A DNA stretch of 64,000 nucleotides from an uncultured Thermoprotei archaeon (GTDB taxonomy: Archaea; Thermoproteota; Thermoprotei; Thermofilales; B15-G2), in NCBI GenBank assembly GCA_965367815.1, contig CBDUKN010000004.1:99952-163951 (forward strand). The letters run 5' to 3'. Positions 19,754-29,159 of the stretch are shown here, one piece after another. The position numbers were made by a program, and so were the translations under genes. Under the pieces are notes generated by a model, which was not told where the DNA came from, ran no database searches, and saw only the letters and a program-made list of their open reading frames with translations. The number at the start of each line of letters is the position of its first letter. Positions within the stretch are counted from its first letter, which is position 1.

Positions 19754-21292
19754 TTAGGTCGGTGGAATGCCATGTTTCTTAGGGATCTTGACATAGGGTC
19801 TTTTTGTAAGTAGGGTCTCTAGACACTTTATTAAGTATGGTCTTGTTGCATGAGGTTCGATTATGTCATCTATATATCCTCTTGAAGCGGCTACAAGTGG
19901 TGTTGTTATTTTAGCTCTGTACTCTTGTGTAAATTTCGCTACAAGTTCTTGTGGATTTTCTGCTTTTTGAAGCTCTTTCTTGTATATGATCTCTACAGCT
20001 GCTTCGGGACCCATGACTGCTATTTCTGCAGTAGGCCATGCAACAACTATATCTGCTCTCAAGTGCTTACTAGACATTGCTATGTAGGCTCCGCCATAGG
20101 CTTTCCTTACGATTACAGTTATTTTCGGTACTGTGGCTACCGAGTAAGCATAGATTATTTTTGCTCCGTGTCGAATTACTCCTCCGTGTTCTTGGTCTAT
20201 TCCAGGTAAAAATCCGGGTGTGTCTACAAATGTAATTATGGGTATATTGAATGCGTCGCAGAATAGTATGAATCTAGATATTTTGTCAGCGGAGTTTATG
20301 TCTAAGCATCCAGCGTAGAACATTGGTTGATTAGCTACTATACCTACGGTTCTTCCATTTAATCTAGCGAAACCTACTATTGCATTACGAGCATAGTTTC
20401 CTTGGATTTCGAAGAATGAATCTCTGTCTACTACTCTATTTATGATTTCGTACATATCGTATGGTTCTTTGGGATCTAGAGGAACAATACTATCTAGTTC
20501 GAGGTCTTCTCGATGAGGATTGTCGTCAGTGGGTTCTATTGGAGGATCTTCCATGTTGTTTGAGGGTAAGTAGCTTAGCAGAGTCTTTATCATCGCTATT
20601 GCTTCTTCGTCGTCTTCTGCAAGCAAATGTGCTACACCGCTAATAGATGTGTGGACTTCTGCTCCTCCGAGTTCTTCGAAAGTTACATCTTCTCCTGTAG
20701 CAGCTTTCACTACTCGAGGACCCGTAATGAACATGAAGCTCTTCTTGGTCATAATAATGAAGTCAGCTAGAGCTGGAGAGTAAACAGCACCTCCGGCGCA
20801 GGGACCCATTATTGCTACTATCTGAGGAATTACTCCTGAAGCTAAAACATTTCTATAGAAGATTTCTCCATAGCCCTTAAGCGAGTCTACACCTTCCTGT
20901 ATTCTCGCGCCACCAGAGTCGTTTAAACCTATAACTGGGATACCGAGCTCAAGTGCAAGGTCATAAAGTTGTGCTATTTTAGCTGCATGCATTTCTCCAA
21001 CGCTTCCTCCCATTACTGTGAAGTCTTGAGCATAGACTGCCACTTTTCTACCATTTATTTCTCCTAAACCTACTACAACACCGTCTCCTGGTACTCTTTT
21101 TTCGGCCATACCAAACTCAGTGCAACGTGATAAAACCAATGTGGATAATTCTACAAAAGAATCTTCGTCGAGTAATAATTCAAGGCGCTCACGAGCTGTT
21201 AATTTACCCTTAGCGTGCTGTTTTTCAATAGCTTGAGGGCCTCCCCCTAGTTTAGCTTTTTCTTTGAATTCTTTTATCAGACTCCACGACAT
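19754..21292 (-). CDS. acyl-CoA carboxyltransferase (methylmalonyl-CoA decarboxylase alpha / propionyl-CoA carboxylase beta)
   Basis: GKLTARERL, DSGGARIQEG, GPCAGGAVYSPA, DTPGFLPG, KKHGIPP. Confidence 0.92.
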   Translation of the reverse strand: MSWSLIKEFKEKAKLGGGPQAIEKQHAKGKLTARERLELLLDEDSFVELSTLVLSRCTEFGMAEKRVPGDGVVVGLGEINGRKVAVYAQDFTVMGGSVGEMHAAKIAQLYDLALELGIPVIGLNDSGGARIQEGVDSLKGYGEIFYRNVLASGVIPQIVAIMGPCAGGAVYSPALADFIIMTKKSFMFITGPRVVKAATGEDVTFEELGGAEVHTSISGVAHLLAEDDEEAIAMIKTLLSYLPSNNMEDPPIEPTDDNPHREDLELDSIVPLDPKEPYDMYEIINRVVDRDSFFEIQGNYARNAIVGFARLNGRTVGIVANQPMFYAGCLDINSADKISRFILFCDAFNIPIITFVDTPGFLPGIDQEHGGVIRHGAKIIYAYSVATVPKITVIVRKAYGGAYIAMSSKHLRADIVVAWPTAEIAVMGPEAAVEIIYKKELQKAENPQELVAKFTQEYRAKITTPLVAASRGYIDDIIEPHATRPYLIKCLETLLTKRPYVKIPKKHGIPPT

Positions 21293-21321
21293 TAAGGCAC
21301 CTAAAATAAAGAAGGAACTAC

Positions 21322-22032
21322 TTATTTTAACTTAGCTTTACACCACCTACATTCTCTTGAAGCTATTGGTATTTCTCTACTACAATAAACGCATATCTTT
21401 AGTCCGTGGTATAGGTACTCTCTACTAGTCTTGATAGTAGTTTTTGACAATAAAAGCCAGGATAGGAAGGATCCTGTCGAAAAAAGTATTTTAGGGCTAA
21501 AGGGTTCGCTTACATAAAGTGATGCATAAGTAAACATTATGAGTATTAGTAAAGCTAAAATAACATCAGGAACTATTCTCACAAAGTATTTGCTAAAGTC
21601 TCTATGAAATCGCTTTGCGCCCTCATATATAGCGTCAAAGCCGCTGTAGCCAGCTATTACATTAGATGCTAGTCCTAGAAAGTAGAGTGGTGATAAAATA
21701 ATAGTAAAAAGTGCTATAGATCCTGTAAAGCCTATGATTAGATAATCTAAGAATTTTGGAGCTATTCTTGCTACGCAGCGCTTAATTGAGGTCTTCAAGT
21801 ATAGTTCTTCTTCCTTAACGTACTCTACTATTATAGCCATTAAAATAGAAGAAAATAGTAGTTCTATGAATAATATTATAAACATAAGGATTAATGCATT
21901 ATGTAGTGTATCTGTATGTATCCATAAGTTATAGCTAATAATATAGTTTATTAATGCTATGAAAGTCACTAGGAGCAGTATTTGCATGCTAATATTTCTT
22001 CGATACTCAGTATTTATTTTTTGTGAGAACAA
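21322..22032 (-). CDS. membrane protein with C-terminal Zn ribbon
   Basis: Several TM segments; CVYC...CRWC. Confidence 0.65.
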   Translation of the reverse strand: MFSQKINTEYRRNISMQILLLVTFIALINYIISYNLWIHTDTLHNALILMFIILFIELLFSSILMAIIVEYVKEEELYLKTSIKRCVARIAPKFLDYLIIGFTGSIALFTIILSPLYFLGLASNVIAGYSGFDAIYEGAKRFHRDFSKYFVRIVPDVILALLILIMFTYASLYVSEPFSPKILFSTGSFLSWLLLSKTTIKTSREYLYHGLKICVYCSREIPIASRECRWCKAKLK

Positions 22033-22196
22033 GAGCTACAGTAGTGTAGGTAAATTTTTTGTTAAATATAATTGTTTTAAATAATATGTATCAATAGGTT
22101 GTGAAAATATATGTTCTTAGAAAATAAACTATACGTTATAAAAGTATATGGAAGATATAGGCGGTATATATTTAAAGATGACTCTCTTCGAAATGT

Positions 22197-23540
22197 TTGA
22201 TGGAAGTCAGAAAGTACAGGCGCTTTGAAAGAGTGGGGGCTCACAGCCATATTAAAGGACTAGGACTAGATGAAAAAGGTAAAGCAAAGCCCGTAGCAGA
22301 CGGATTAGTAGGTCAAATAACAGCGAGAGAAGCTGCTGGAATAATAGTTAAAATGATTAAAAGTGGAAAAATGGCGGGAAGAGCTGTTCTACTAGCAGGG
22401 CCTCCTGGGACAGGAAAAACAGCAATTGCTGTGGCTATAGCAAAAGAACTAGGCGAGGACACTCCTTTTGTAGCAATAAGTGGTGCTGAGATTTATTCAA
22501 GCGAAATTAAGAAAACAGAAGTTCTCATGCAGGCTATGAGAAAAGCTATAGGAGTTCGTATACATGAATACAGGAAGATATATGAAGGTCTTGTAACAGA
22601 CCTTGAAATAAAGACCGATAGACACCCGTACAATCCTTACGCGCAAATACCTGTAAGTGCAAGAATTCGTCTTAAAACAAAAGAAGAGGAGAAGACTTTC
22701 GATGTAGATCAAGACATAACATATGAGCTTTTAAGCAAAGGAGTTAGAGTAGGTGATGTAATATGGATAGATGCTGAAACAGGAAGAGTGACTGTAGTCG
22801 GTAGAGGAGAAAGTGGAGCCAAGTACGACATATCGACATTCAGGAAAGTTCCTCTACCTGAAGGAAAGATACTTAAGGAAAAAGAGTTTGTACACACTGT
22901 TACTTTACATGACTTAGATGTACTAAATGCTCGTCGAACAAGCATAATTTCGTTAATATTCGGTGGAGCGGAAGAAAAAGAAATACCCCCAGATGTTAGA
23001 GCACAAGTAGACGAGCAGGTCAAAAAGCTAGTAGATGAAGGAAGAGCAGAAATTTTGCCAGGAGTACTCTTCATAGACGACGTTCACATGTTAGACATAG
23101 AGGCCTTTAGTTTCTTATCCCGTGCTCTCGAAAGTGAGCTTGCGCCAATAATAATACTAGCTAGTAACAGAGGATTTACACGGATACGTGGAACAGATAT
23201 TGTCGCGCCTCATGGAATACCACTAGATTTGCTAGACAGGCTACTGATTATAGAGACTAGAGCCTATTCTTCAGAAGAAATAAAAGAAATTATTAAAATA
23301 AGAGCTCAAGAAGAAGGAGTAAAGTTAACAGAAGAAGCTCTCGAGATATTGACGAAAATAGGTGCTGAAAGAAGCCTTAGATATGCTGTTCAGCTATTAA
23401 CACCAGCCAGTATCGCAGCGAAGCAAGAGGAAAGAGACGTTGTTGAAAAAGTAGACGTTGAAAGAGTGCAACAGTTATTTAGTGATGTGAAAGAATCTGC
23501 AAAGTACTTGAAAGAATACGAAGAGAAGTTCTTGAAGTAG
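22197..23540 (+). CDS. TIP49/RuvB-like AAA+ ATPase
   Basis: HSHIKGLGL, GPPGTGKT, TLHDLD, FIDDVHMLD, HGIPLDLLDR. Confidence 0.95.
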   Translation: MMEVRKYRRFERVGAHSHIKGLGLDEKGKAKPVADGLVGQITAREAAGIIVKMIKSGKMAGRAVLLAGPPGTGKTAIAVAIAKELGEDTPFVAISGAEIYSSEIKKTEVLMQAMRKAIGVRIHEYRKIYEGLVTDLEIKTDRHPYNPYAQIPVSARIRLKTKEEEKTFDVDQDITYELLSKGVRVGDVIWIDAETGRVTVVGRGESGAKYDISTFRKVPLPEGKILKEKEFVHTVTLHDLDVLNARRTSIISLIFGGAEEKEIPPDVRAQVDEQVKKLVDEGRAEILPGVLFIDDVHMLDIEAFSFLSRALESELAPIIILASNRGFTRIRGTDIVAPHGIPLDLLDRLLIIETRAYSSEEIKEIIKIRAQEEGVKLTEEALEILTKIGAERSLRYAVQLLTPASIAAKQEERDVVEKVDVERVQQLFSDVKESAKYLKEYEEKFLK

Positions 23541-23969
23541 CTATTTCTTATGAGCATTTTTTCTTATTTTTAATATAACTACTATTAATATAGAAATAAT
23601 TGATAATTGTCCCCAGTCTAAGTACATTACTTTTCTGTAAATATAGAATATTGGGTAAAATGATGCGTTAAATAAGATTCCTATAGTGGCTAAAAGGCTA
23701 TAATGTGAAATTGTGAAAAGAAGCGAGGAGAAAAATACCATTAGGAAGGTGCGGTTGCTTTCAGCTGAATAAATCATTACTGAGAAAAGCCAGTACAAGA
23801 ACGATAACACAGCGAGTCTCCAGAGAGGATACCAAGGATAGCGTTTGAGATATCCTAAGTAGTAAGGATATGTTGATAGGTATTGCTCTAAAGGAATTGC
23901 TTGAGAGAAAAGTATTATTGCTATAGTTATTAGGAGTGCTAATAAAAGATCGTAGTAAGTTTTCTTCAT
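23541..23969 (-). CDS. hypothetical membrane protein
   Basis: Hydrophobic segments; follows the S2P gene. Confidence 0.6.
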   Translation of the reverse strand: MKKTYYDLLLALLITIAIILFSQAIPLEQYLSTYPYYLGYLKRYPWYPLWRLAVLSFLYWLFSVMIYSAESNRTFLMVFFSSLLFTISHYSLLATIGILFNASFYPIFYIYRKVMYLDWGQLSIISILIVVILKIRKNAHKK

Positions 23970-23970
23970 A

Positions 23971-25095
23971 TTATCTCACCATAGAAAATGCAATATTAGC
24001 TCCTAAAAGTACGAAAAAGTATGCCGAGATAGCGATTTGCATTATTTTCTTTAATTTATCTTCTTTAGCTATTTTCTCGATTAATGCTTCAACTATTCTT
24101 TCTCCATCAAACATTATTATTGGTAACATGTTTAGAGTAGCTACGCTGAAGTTTATTACGTATATCCATTCAGCAAATAATATAAGATTTTCCGGAAGTG
24201 GTCTTAAATAGTTTTGAGATATTTCAATGCCTATGAATGCTTTTCCTCCTCTATTTCCTAAAACTAGCTCGGCAAAAACTACTTTATTATTTCTTAGAAC
24301 CTTAATGGTTATTTTTTCTCCTGGTTTATATTGAGAAAGAACCCTAGATAAATCTGATATAGTGTTTATTGTGTGGTTATCGATGCTTAAGATAATATCT
24401 CCTGGAAGAAGGTGTTCTTCAGCAGGGTATCCCTTAATAGTATTTACAACTAGAACTCCTCTAGGCGACTGATACCACATTGCTGTGAGAAGAAAGATCC
24501 ACGTTATAATAACTACTAAAAAGTTTGCAAAAGACCCTGCAGAAAGTATTCTGAGTTTTTTCCTTGTGCTAAGTAGCTTAAGTTTATTCTCATCTAATTC
24601 AACGAAACCTGCTAATAAAAATAATATTACAGCGAAACCCGAAGAAACTATGGGGATATCTTCACTGGCAGCGGCAATTCCGTGAGCTAGCTCATGGACA
24701 ATAAAAGCTATTATAATGGCTATTATTAAGTAGGGTATCATGTTCCATCCTATAGTTACTCCAGGTATTATTAGGATCATTTCCTGGGCTTTGGCAGGCT
24801 TATATATGAATGAATAAAGATTCACGTGTAGAAAATATATTATAAATACCATTAAAAAGAAGCCAATTAATATTGATATATCAAAAAATATATGCCAGTA
24901 TTTTGAGTATCTGCGACCTATTTTATATATTATTTCATTAAATTTTGATGTTCTGAAGAAAAGTCCTAGAGGGTATACTTCAATACCTTTTTTGCGTAGT
25001 TTTTCGAGGTGCCGAAGAGATAAAATATAGACAATAAGCCAGAAACATGCTACTGAAAGTATTATGGGCAGTATGTTGCTGGAGAGGGCTAGCAC
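23971..25095 (-). CDS. site-2 protease (M50) with PDZ domain
   Basis: HELAH, AGSFAN, PDZ LLPGDIILSID, NMLPIIMFDG. Confidence 0.9.
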   Translation of the reverse strand: MLALSSNILPIILSVACFWLIVYILSLRHLEKLRKKGIEVYPLGLFFRTSKFNEIIYKIGRRYSKYWHIFFDISILIGFFLMVFIIYFLHVNLYSFIYKPAKAQEMILIIPGVTIGWNMIPYLIIAIIIAFIVHELAHGIAAASEDIPIVSSGFAVILFLLAGFVELDENKLKLLSTRKKLRILSAGSFANFLVVIITWIFLLTAMWYQSPRGVLVVNTIKGYPAEEHLLPGDIILSIDNHTINTISDLSRVLSQYKPGEKITIKVLRNNKVVFAELVLGNRGGKAFIGIEISQNYLRPLPENLILFAEWIYVINFSVATLNMLPIIMFDGERIVEALIEKIAKEDKLKKIMQIAISAYFFVLLGANIAFSMVR

Positions 25096-25190
25096 AGTAA
25101 GCTAATTCGATAGAATGCTTAAAAATTTATCTTGAGACAAGATTCTCCGTATCCGCGAAAAGCTTATTTATTTCTAAAGGAAGTTAAAAC

Positions 25191-25263
25191 GGGCCCGTAG
25201 TCTAGGGGTTAGGATGCCGCCCTTACGAGGCGGTGGTCCCGGGTTCGAATCCCGGCGGGCCCA
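25191..25263 (+). tRNA. tRNA-Val(TAC)
   Basis: GGGCCCG stem, CCGCC-CT-TAC-GA-GGCGG, GGTTCGAATCC. Confidence 0.95.
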
Positions 25264-25301
25264 TTTTTCCCGAAAAGAGAATTCTTCTAATGATGTTTTC
25301 T

Positions 25302-25346
25302 GAGTGTTGCCAAAATGAAGAGTACTCTGGCAACTACTCTTATATA
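25302..25346 (+). promoter_or_regulatory. inverted repeat plus TATA box upstream of integrase
   Basis: GAGT-GTTGCCA-N15-TGGCAAC-T-ACTC abutting TTATATA, ~25 nt before ATG 25369. Confidence 0.55.
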
Positions 25347-25368
25347 CAGGAGAGAAGCTACTATAGTA

Positions 25369-26652
25369 ATGGTAGGAAAAGCTTCTTCCTGGAGAGACCG
25401 TGTTGCCTACTCTGGCATCACTGAAGAAGACAGGAGGAGGATACTGAACTATGTTCTTGAAGTCAAAAAAGTCAAGTACAAGGACCTAGGCTTTGACAGA
25501 ACCTTTGTTTATAGGCTCAGGAAAGGAGAGAGGAGGATAACTGATAGAGTTTTGAGGAGGCTCTTAGACTTTTTGACAAAGGAAGAGCTCACCAGGCTGC
25601 TTGGAGTAGAGAAGAAGCTTGAAGCCTTAGGCATTATGAGGAACGGAGTACTAGACTACGGCCTAGTAATAGATATTCTAGAAGCTGCTAAAAGAGACAA
25701 TTATTTGAAGAATCTTATTGCGAAATGGTTTTACGAGAACCTAGCACATGAAATACCTCATGTAGTTAAAGTCACAGAGGAGCACGTAAAGAAATTTGAG
25801 AAAAGGCTCTCCGCAAAATCGAAGAAAACCAGAGAAGATAGACTCAGATATCTGCTTAAAGCACTAGAGGACCTTGAGTGGGAGCTAGCACCAGATAAAC
25901 TTGAAGAATACATATACGAGCTCCAGGCAGAGTCACCGCACAAAGCAGCACACATAGCCAAAGCCCTAAAACTCTTCATTAAGACAGTTCTAAAAGACAA
26001 AGCTCTCTACTACAGCTTCAAAGTACCCAGGCCTGGAGAAAAACTCGTAGCAGAGCCACTCACACTAGAAGAAGTAGTAAAAGTAGCCAAGAAAATAAAG
26101 CACCCTGGAGCACAAGCCTACTTCATTCTACTAGCCGAGACAGGTCTACGGCCTGGAGAAGTCCTCTCACTAACCCTCTCCTCACTAGACCTAAATAATA
26201 GAAAAATAAGGATAGGAAAAATATCTGAGACAAAAAGAAGCTACATCACCTTCTTGCACAAAAACACTGCTAACTATCTTAAAGAACGATATCTGCCTTT
26301 CAGAGAAGAATTTGTAGAAAAATACAGACCTATCCTAGCTAGACTAAACATAGATATTAAAGCCTGGGAAGCCAAGCTATTTCCCTTCAAAGACTACGAG
26401 CTAAGAAAAGAAATCTACACAGCTATGAAGAAAGCACTAAACCGGCAATTCAGACTATATGATTTGAGAGCATTTTTCGCAGCCTACATGTCTACCAGAG
26501 GAGTCTCCCCGCTAATCATAAACATACTACAAGGAAGACTGCCTCCCCGTGAATTCAAAATACTCCAATTCCACTACCTTCCTTTTACAGAAAAAGACCT
26601 GAGAAAAATCTATGAGAAAAACGCACCATGCATAACAAAACAGATACTTTAG
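25369..26652 (+). mobile_element. tyrosine recombinase/integrase (pNOB8-type signature) with N-terminal HTH; remnant element at tRNA-Val
   Basis: GLRPGE, ETK, YDLR, LQGR, HY = R..K..YxxR..R..Y; adjacent to tRNA 3' end; atypical codon usage. Confidence 0.88.
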
Positions 26653-26675
26653 TTCATAAAGGTTTTTCCTATAAA

Positions 26676-26855
26676 TCAGGGCTCTGTCTCAAAAACTCTA
26701 GGTGGTGTACAAAGTTCTTTCTTTATTTGCTCAATAATTTGTATTGCTTCTTTCGCTATCTTCTTCTCACTTTCTGTTAAAACTTCTAATTTTACTTCCT
26801 TTATATTAGATATTGTGTTTTCAGCATACGTAAGTAGTCTTTCTAAGCTTTTTGA
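26676..26855 (-). pseudogene. gene remnant with no start codon
   Basis: Open frame KSLERLLTYAENTISNIKEVKLEVLTESEKKIAKEAIQII...ETEP* convergent on the integrase. Confidence 0.35.
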
Positions 26856-27000
26856 AGCTTATTGAATTATGCTGTAAGTGTATAGATATGTATGAGTATT
26901 AAAGACTTAGCTAAAGAATATTTTCCTTAAATTAGAATATATAAGTTAGTCTTTTAAAATATTTTGTTTTGATATAAGAGATATTAATTATAACTTATTG

Positions 27001-27519
27001 TTATTTAGTTATTTCTTTTATTTTTGTCTTAATTTTGTTTATCATATTTGAAAGAATATTTATTATTTCTTCATTATTATCCTCAAAAAGTATGGCTCCG
27101 CATTCAGGGCATGAGAAGTCTAGATCATATGCTTCCTCTATGGTAAATCGTCTTAGACACTGTACGCAGACATAGAAACTGTTGTTTTGTTCATACTCCA
27201 TTTTTCTTTCGAGAACTTTAATTACAGCCTTGATTCTCCGCGTAAGAACGTTTATTATATTTTCGTCCTTGAGTCTCCAGTAGTACGTATACCAGCCTAT
27301 GTTTTCATCACGCTCTCGCCTGTATGTTAAGATGTCAGCTTCATGCAGTTTAATTAAAATTTTTCGGACTTCACTTGGATTATCTATTTTTAATTTGGCA
27401 GATATCTCTTCATCTGTGGCTTCGCCTTTATCTATAATTATTGAGAGTACCTTTGCTGCCAGTGGACCACTTAAGTCGCTTGCATATTCTAGTAGCAGCT
27501 TACGCTTAAGTGGTGTTAT
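27001..27519 (-). CDS. tfe: transcription factor E (TFIIE-alpha); start apparently non-canonical (ATA)
   Basis: Frame open from 27519: ...[22 protein letters not shown]...IGWIRYYW...CVQC..FSCPECG; ORF track caught only the last 66 aa. Confidence 0.88.
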   Translation of the reverse strand: MTPLKRKLLLEYASDLSGPLAAKVLSIIIDKGEATDEEISAKLKIDNPSEVRKILIKLHEADILTYRRERDENIGWYTYYWRLKDENIINVLTRRIKAVIKVLERKMEYEQNNSFYVCVQCLRRFTIEEAYDLDFSCPECGAILFEDNNEEIINILSNMINKIKTKIKEITK

Positions 27520-28064
27520 GTACGTTTTTCATCACCTCGAACTACCTTTTTACCTCTTTTCTGCGGTATTATCTTTAGTTTTGCTGACTTATATTCTTTC
27601 AGCAGACATTTTCCTTCGAAGAATTTGTATAAAAACACGGCCAGTGCTGCTACTTCGCTATGAGGTTGATTTCCTATAGCAACATTGTAGTCTGCAATCT
27701 CGTAAAACTCGGGAGGTACTTTTTGCGAACCTACTATTACTAGAATGTCCTTGTTTTCTTGTTTTATTCGATCTATAACGTCGCTAGATTCTATATTCTC
27801 GCCATACATTGTTAAATGCACTATTATCCCTCCTCGATCTTTCCACTCTTTTACAACTTTTCTCCAGGGAGTGCCCATTTCTATGAAAAAGTCTCCTCCC
27901 CACAATTCAATTACTTTCTTTATACTTTTTTCTATTTTTTCATCGACAACATCGGAAAGGATTATTCCATCCGCACCGAAAGCTCTAGCAACAAGGGCTA
28001 CATGTGTGCTAATACGCTTATCTCTTTGAGGTCTATGTCCATATCTTAATACAACTACTTTCAT
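27516..28064 (-). CDS. trm56: tRNA (cytidine56-2'-O)-methyltransferase
   Basis: [41 protein letters not shown]. Confidence 0.95.
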   Translation of the reverse strand: MKVVVLRYGHRPQRDKRISTHVALVARAFGADGIILSDVVDEKIEKSIKKVIELWGGDFFIEMGTPWRKVVKEWKDRGGIIVHLTMYGENIESSDVIDRIKQENKDILVIVGSQKVPPEFYEIADYNVAIGNQPHSEVAALAVFLYKFFEGKCLLKEYKSAKLKIIPQKRGKKVVRGDEKRT

Positions 28065-28570
28065 TATCGTGTCTTTTCTTTAGGCTTTTTAATTTCAACA
28101 ATATCTCCTAGGGTTAATTCATATGTATGATGTGGAGTCTCATATGTATATAGTTCTTCTTCGGTTGTTTCCTCTATGACTAAGTTTATTTTAAGTACTC
28201 TCTCAAGTTTTCTTGCAAGGTCTATTGAGGGTATAAGTCTTCCGTCTTCTATCTTTTTAATGACAGATTCTTTTTCGCCCACCATTCTAGCCAGTACTTC
28301 TCTTGTTAAGCCGAGCATTTCTCTAGCTTCTCTTATTAATTGGGCGTAATCATCGACTACGGTATACCTTAGTTCTCTAGGAGGGCGGACAGTAGGTGTG
28401 AATATTCTCTGTTTTATTGGAAGAGATCTGGGAGTACTTTTTCTTAATGGTTGTGCATCTTTATACTTGTTTGCACAAGACTTACAAACTATTACTTTAA
28501 CATGATCTATAGTAAGTGAATAAGGTACACCTTTTATTTCTCTGCCACAGAGTTCGCAAGTTGTTGTCAC
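28064..28570 (-). CDS. multiprotein bridging factor aMBF1
   Basis: CELCG Zn ribbon + HTH (IREARE..GLT..LA) + TLGD. Confidence 0.9.
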   Translation of the reverse strand: MTTTCELCGREIKGVPYSLTIDHVKVIVCKSCANKYKDAQPLRKSTPRSLPIKQRIFTPTVRPPRELRYTVVDDYAQLIREAREMLGLTREVLARMVGEKESVIKKIEDGRLIPSIDLARKLERVLKINLVIEETTEEELYTYETPHHTYELTLGDIVEIKKPKEKTR

Positions 28571-28649
28571 AAAATAATATGTACTTGAGCAGATTTTTAC
28601 TTTTTGGCTACTTTAAATTTATTAAGCTCGTTTAGTTAGGTGCATAGAG

Positions 28650-29159
28650 ATGAAAGAAAAAGCTAGTATTGAAGATCTGGTTAGAATAGAAAGAATCATA
28701 AACTATCAATATGGTCATAATCTTGGAACAAAATTGTTAGAGATAGGTAGCGGAGATATTTATTTAGTGAAATCTGCTACAGGAAGACTACGTTATATGT
28801 ATTTTAGAGATTATCTAATAGCTGTTTTTCGTGCGTCAGATTTCTCTGTACTGTTTACCATTAGGGGTGCGCAGGTCTTAAAGGAGCTTGTGGCTTTTCC
28901 TCACTTAAGGGTCGTTGTTGAAAATAAAGTATCTAAGTTTATTGCTGAAGGAAGAAACGTGTTCGCAAAACATGTAATAATAGTTGATCTTGATTTAAGA
29001 GCAGGTGATGAAGTAATAGTAGTTAATCAAAGGGACGACCTATTGGCTGTAGGGAAACTAGTCTTGAGTCCTTTCGAAATATTTTCATTTAGAAGAGGTA
29101 TTGCTGTTAAAGTACGCAGAGGAGTTGGAGTAGATGAGGTCTCTGAGGACAGTAGGTAG
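28650..29159 (+). CDS. PUA-domain protein (archaeosine TGT C-terminal-like)
   Basis: YQYG, GRNVFAKHV, RAGDEV, AVKVRRG. Confidence 0.85.
   Translation: MKEKASIEDLVRIERIINYQYGHNLGTKLLEIGSGDIYLVKSATGRLRYMYFRDYLIAVFRASDFSVLFTIRGAQVLKELVAFPHLRVVVENKVSKFIAEGRNVFAKHVIIVDLDLRAGDEVIVVNQRDDLLAVGKLVLSPFEIFSFRRGIAVKVRRGVGVDEVSEDSR

Noticed and set aside
25233-25424. 63-aa ORF starting in tRNA-Val as an SSV-type split integrase N-fragment
   Set aside because: Different frame from the integrase, no recognisable similarity, and the integrase is intact with its own promoter.
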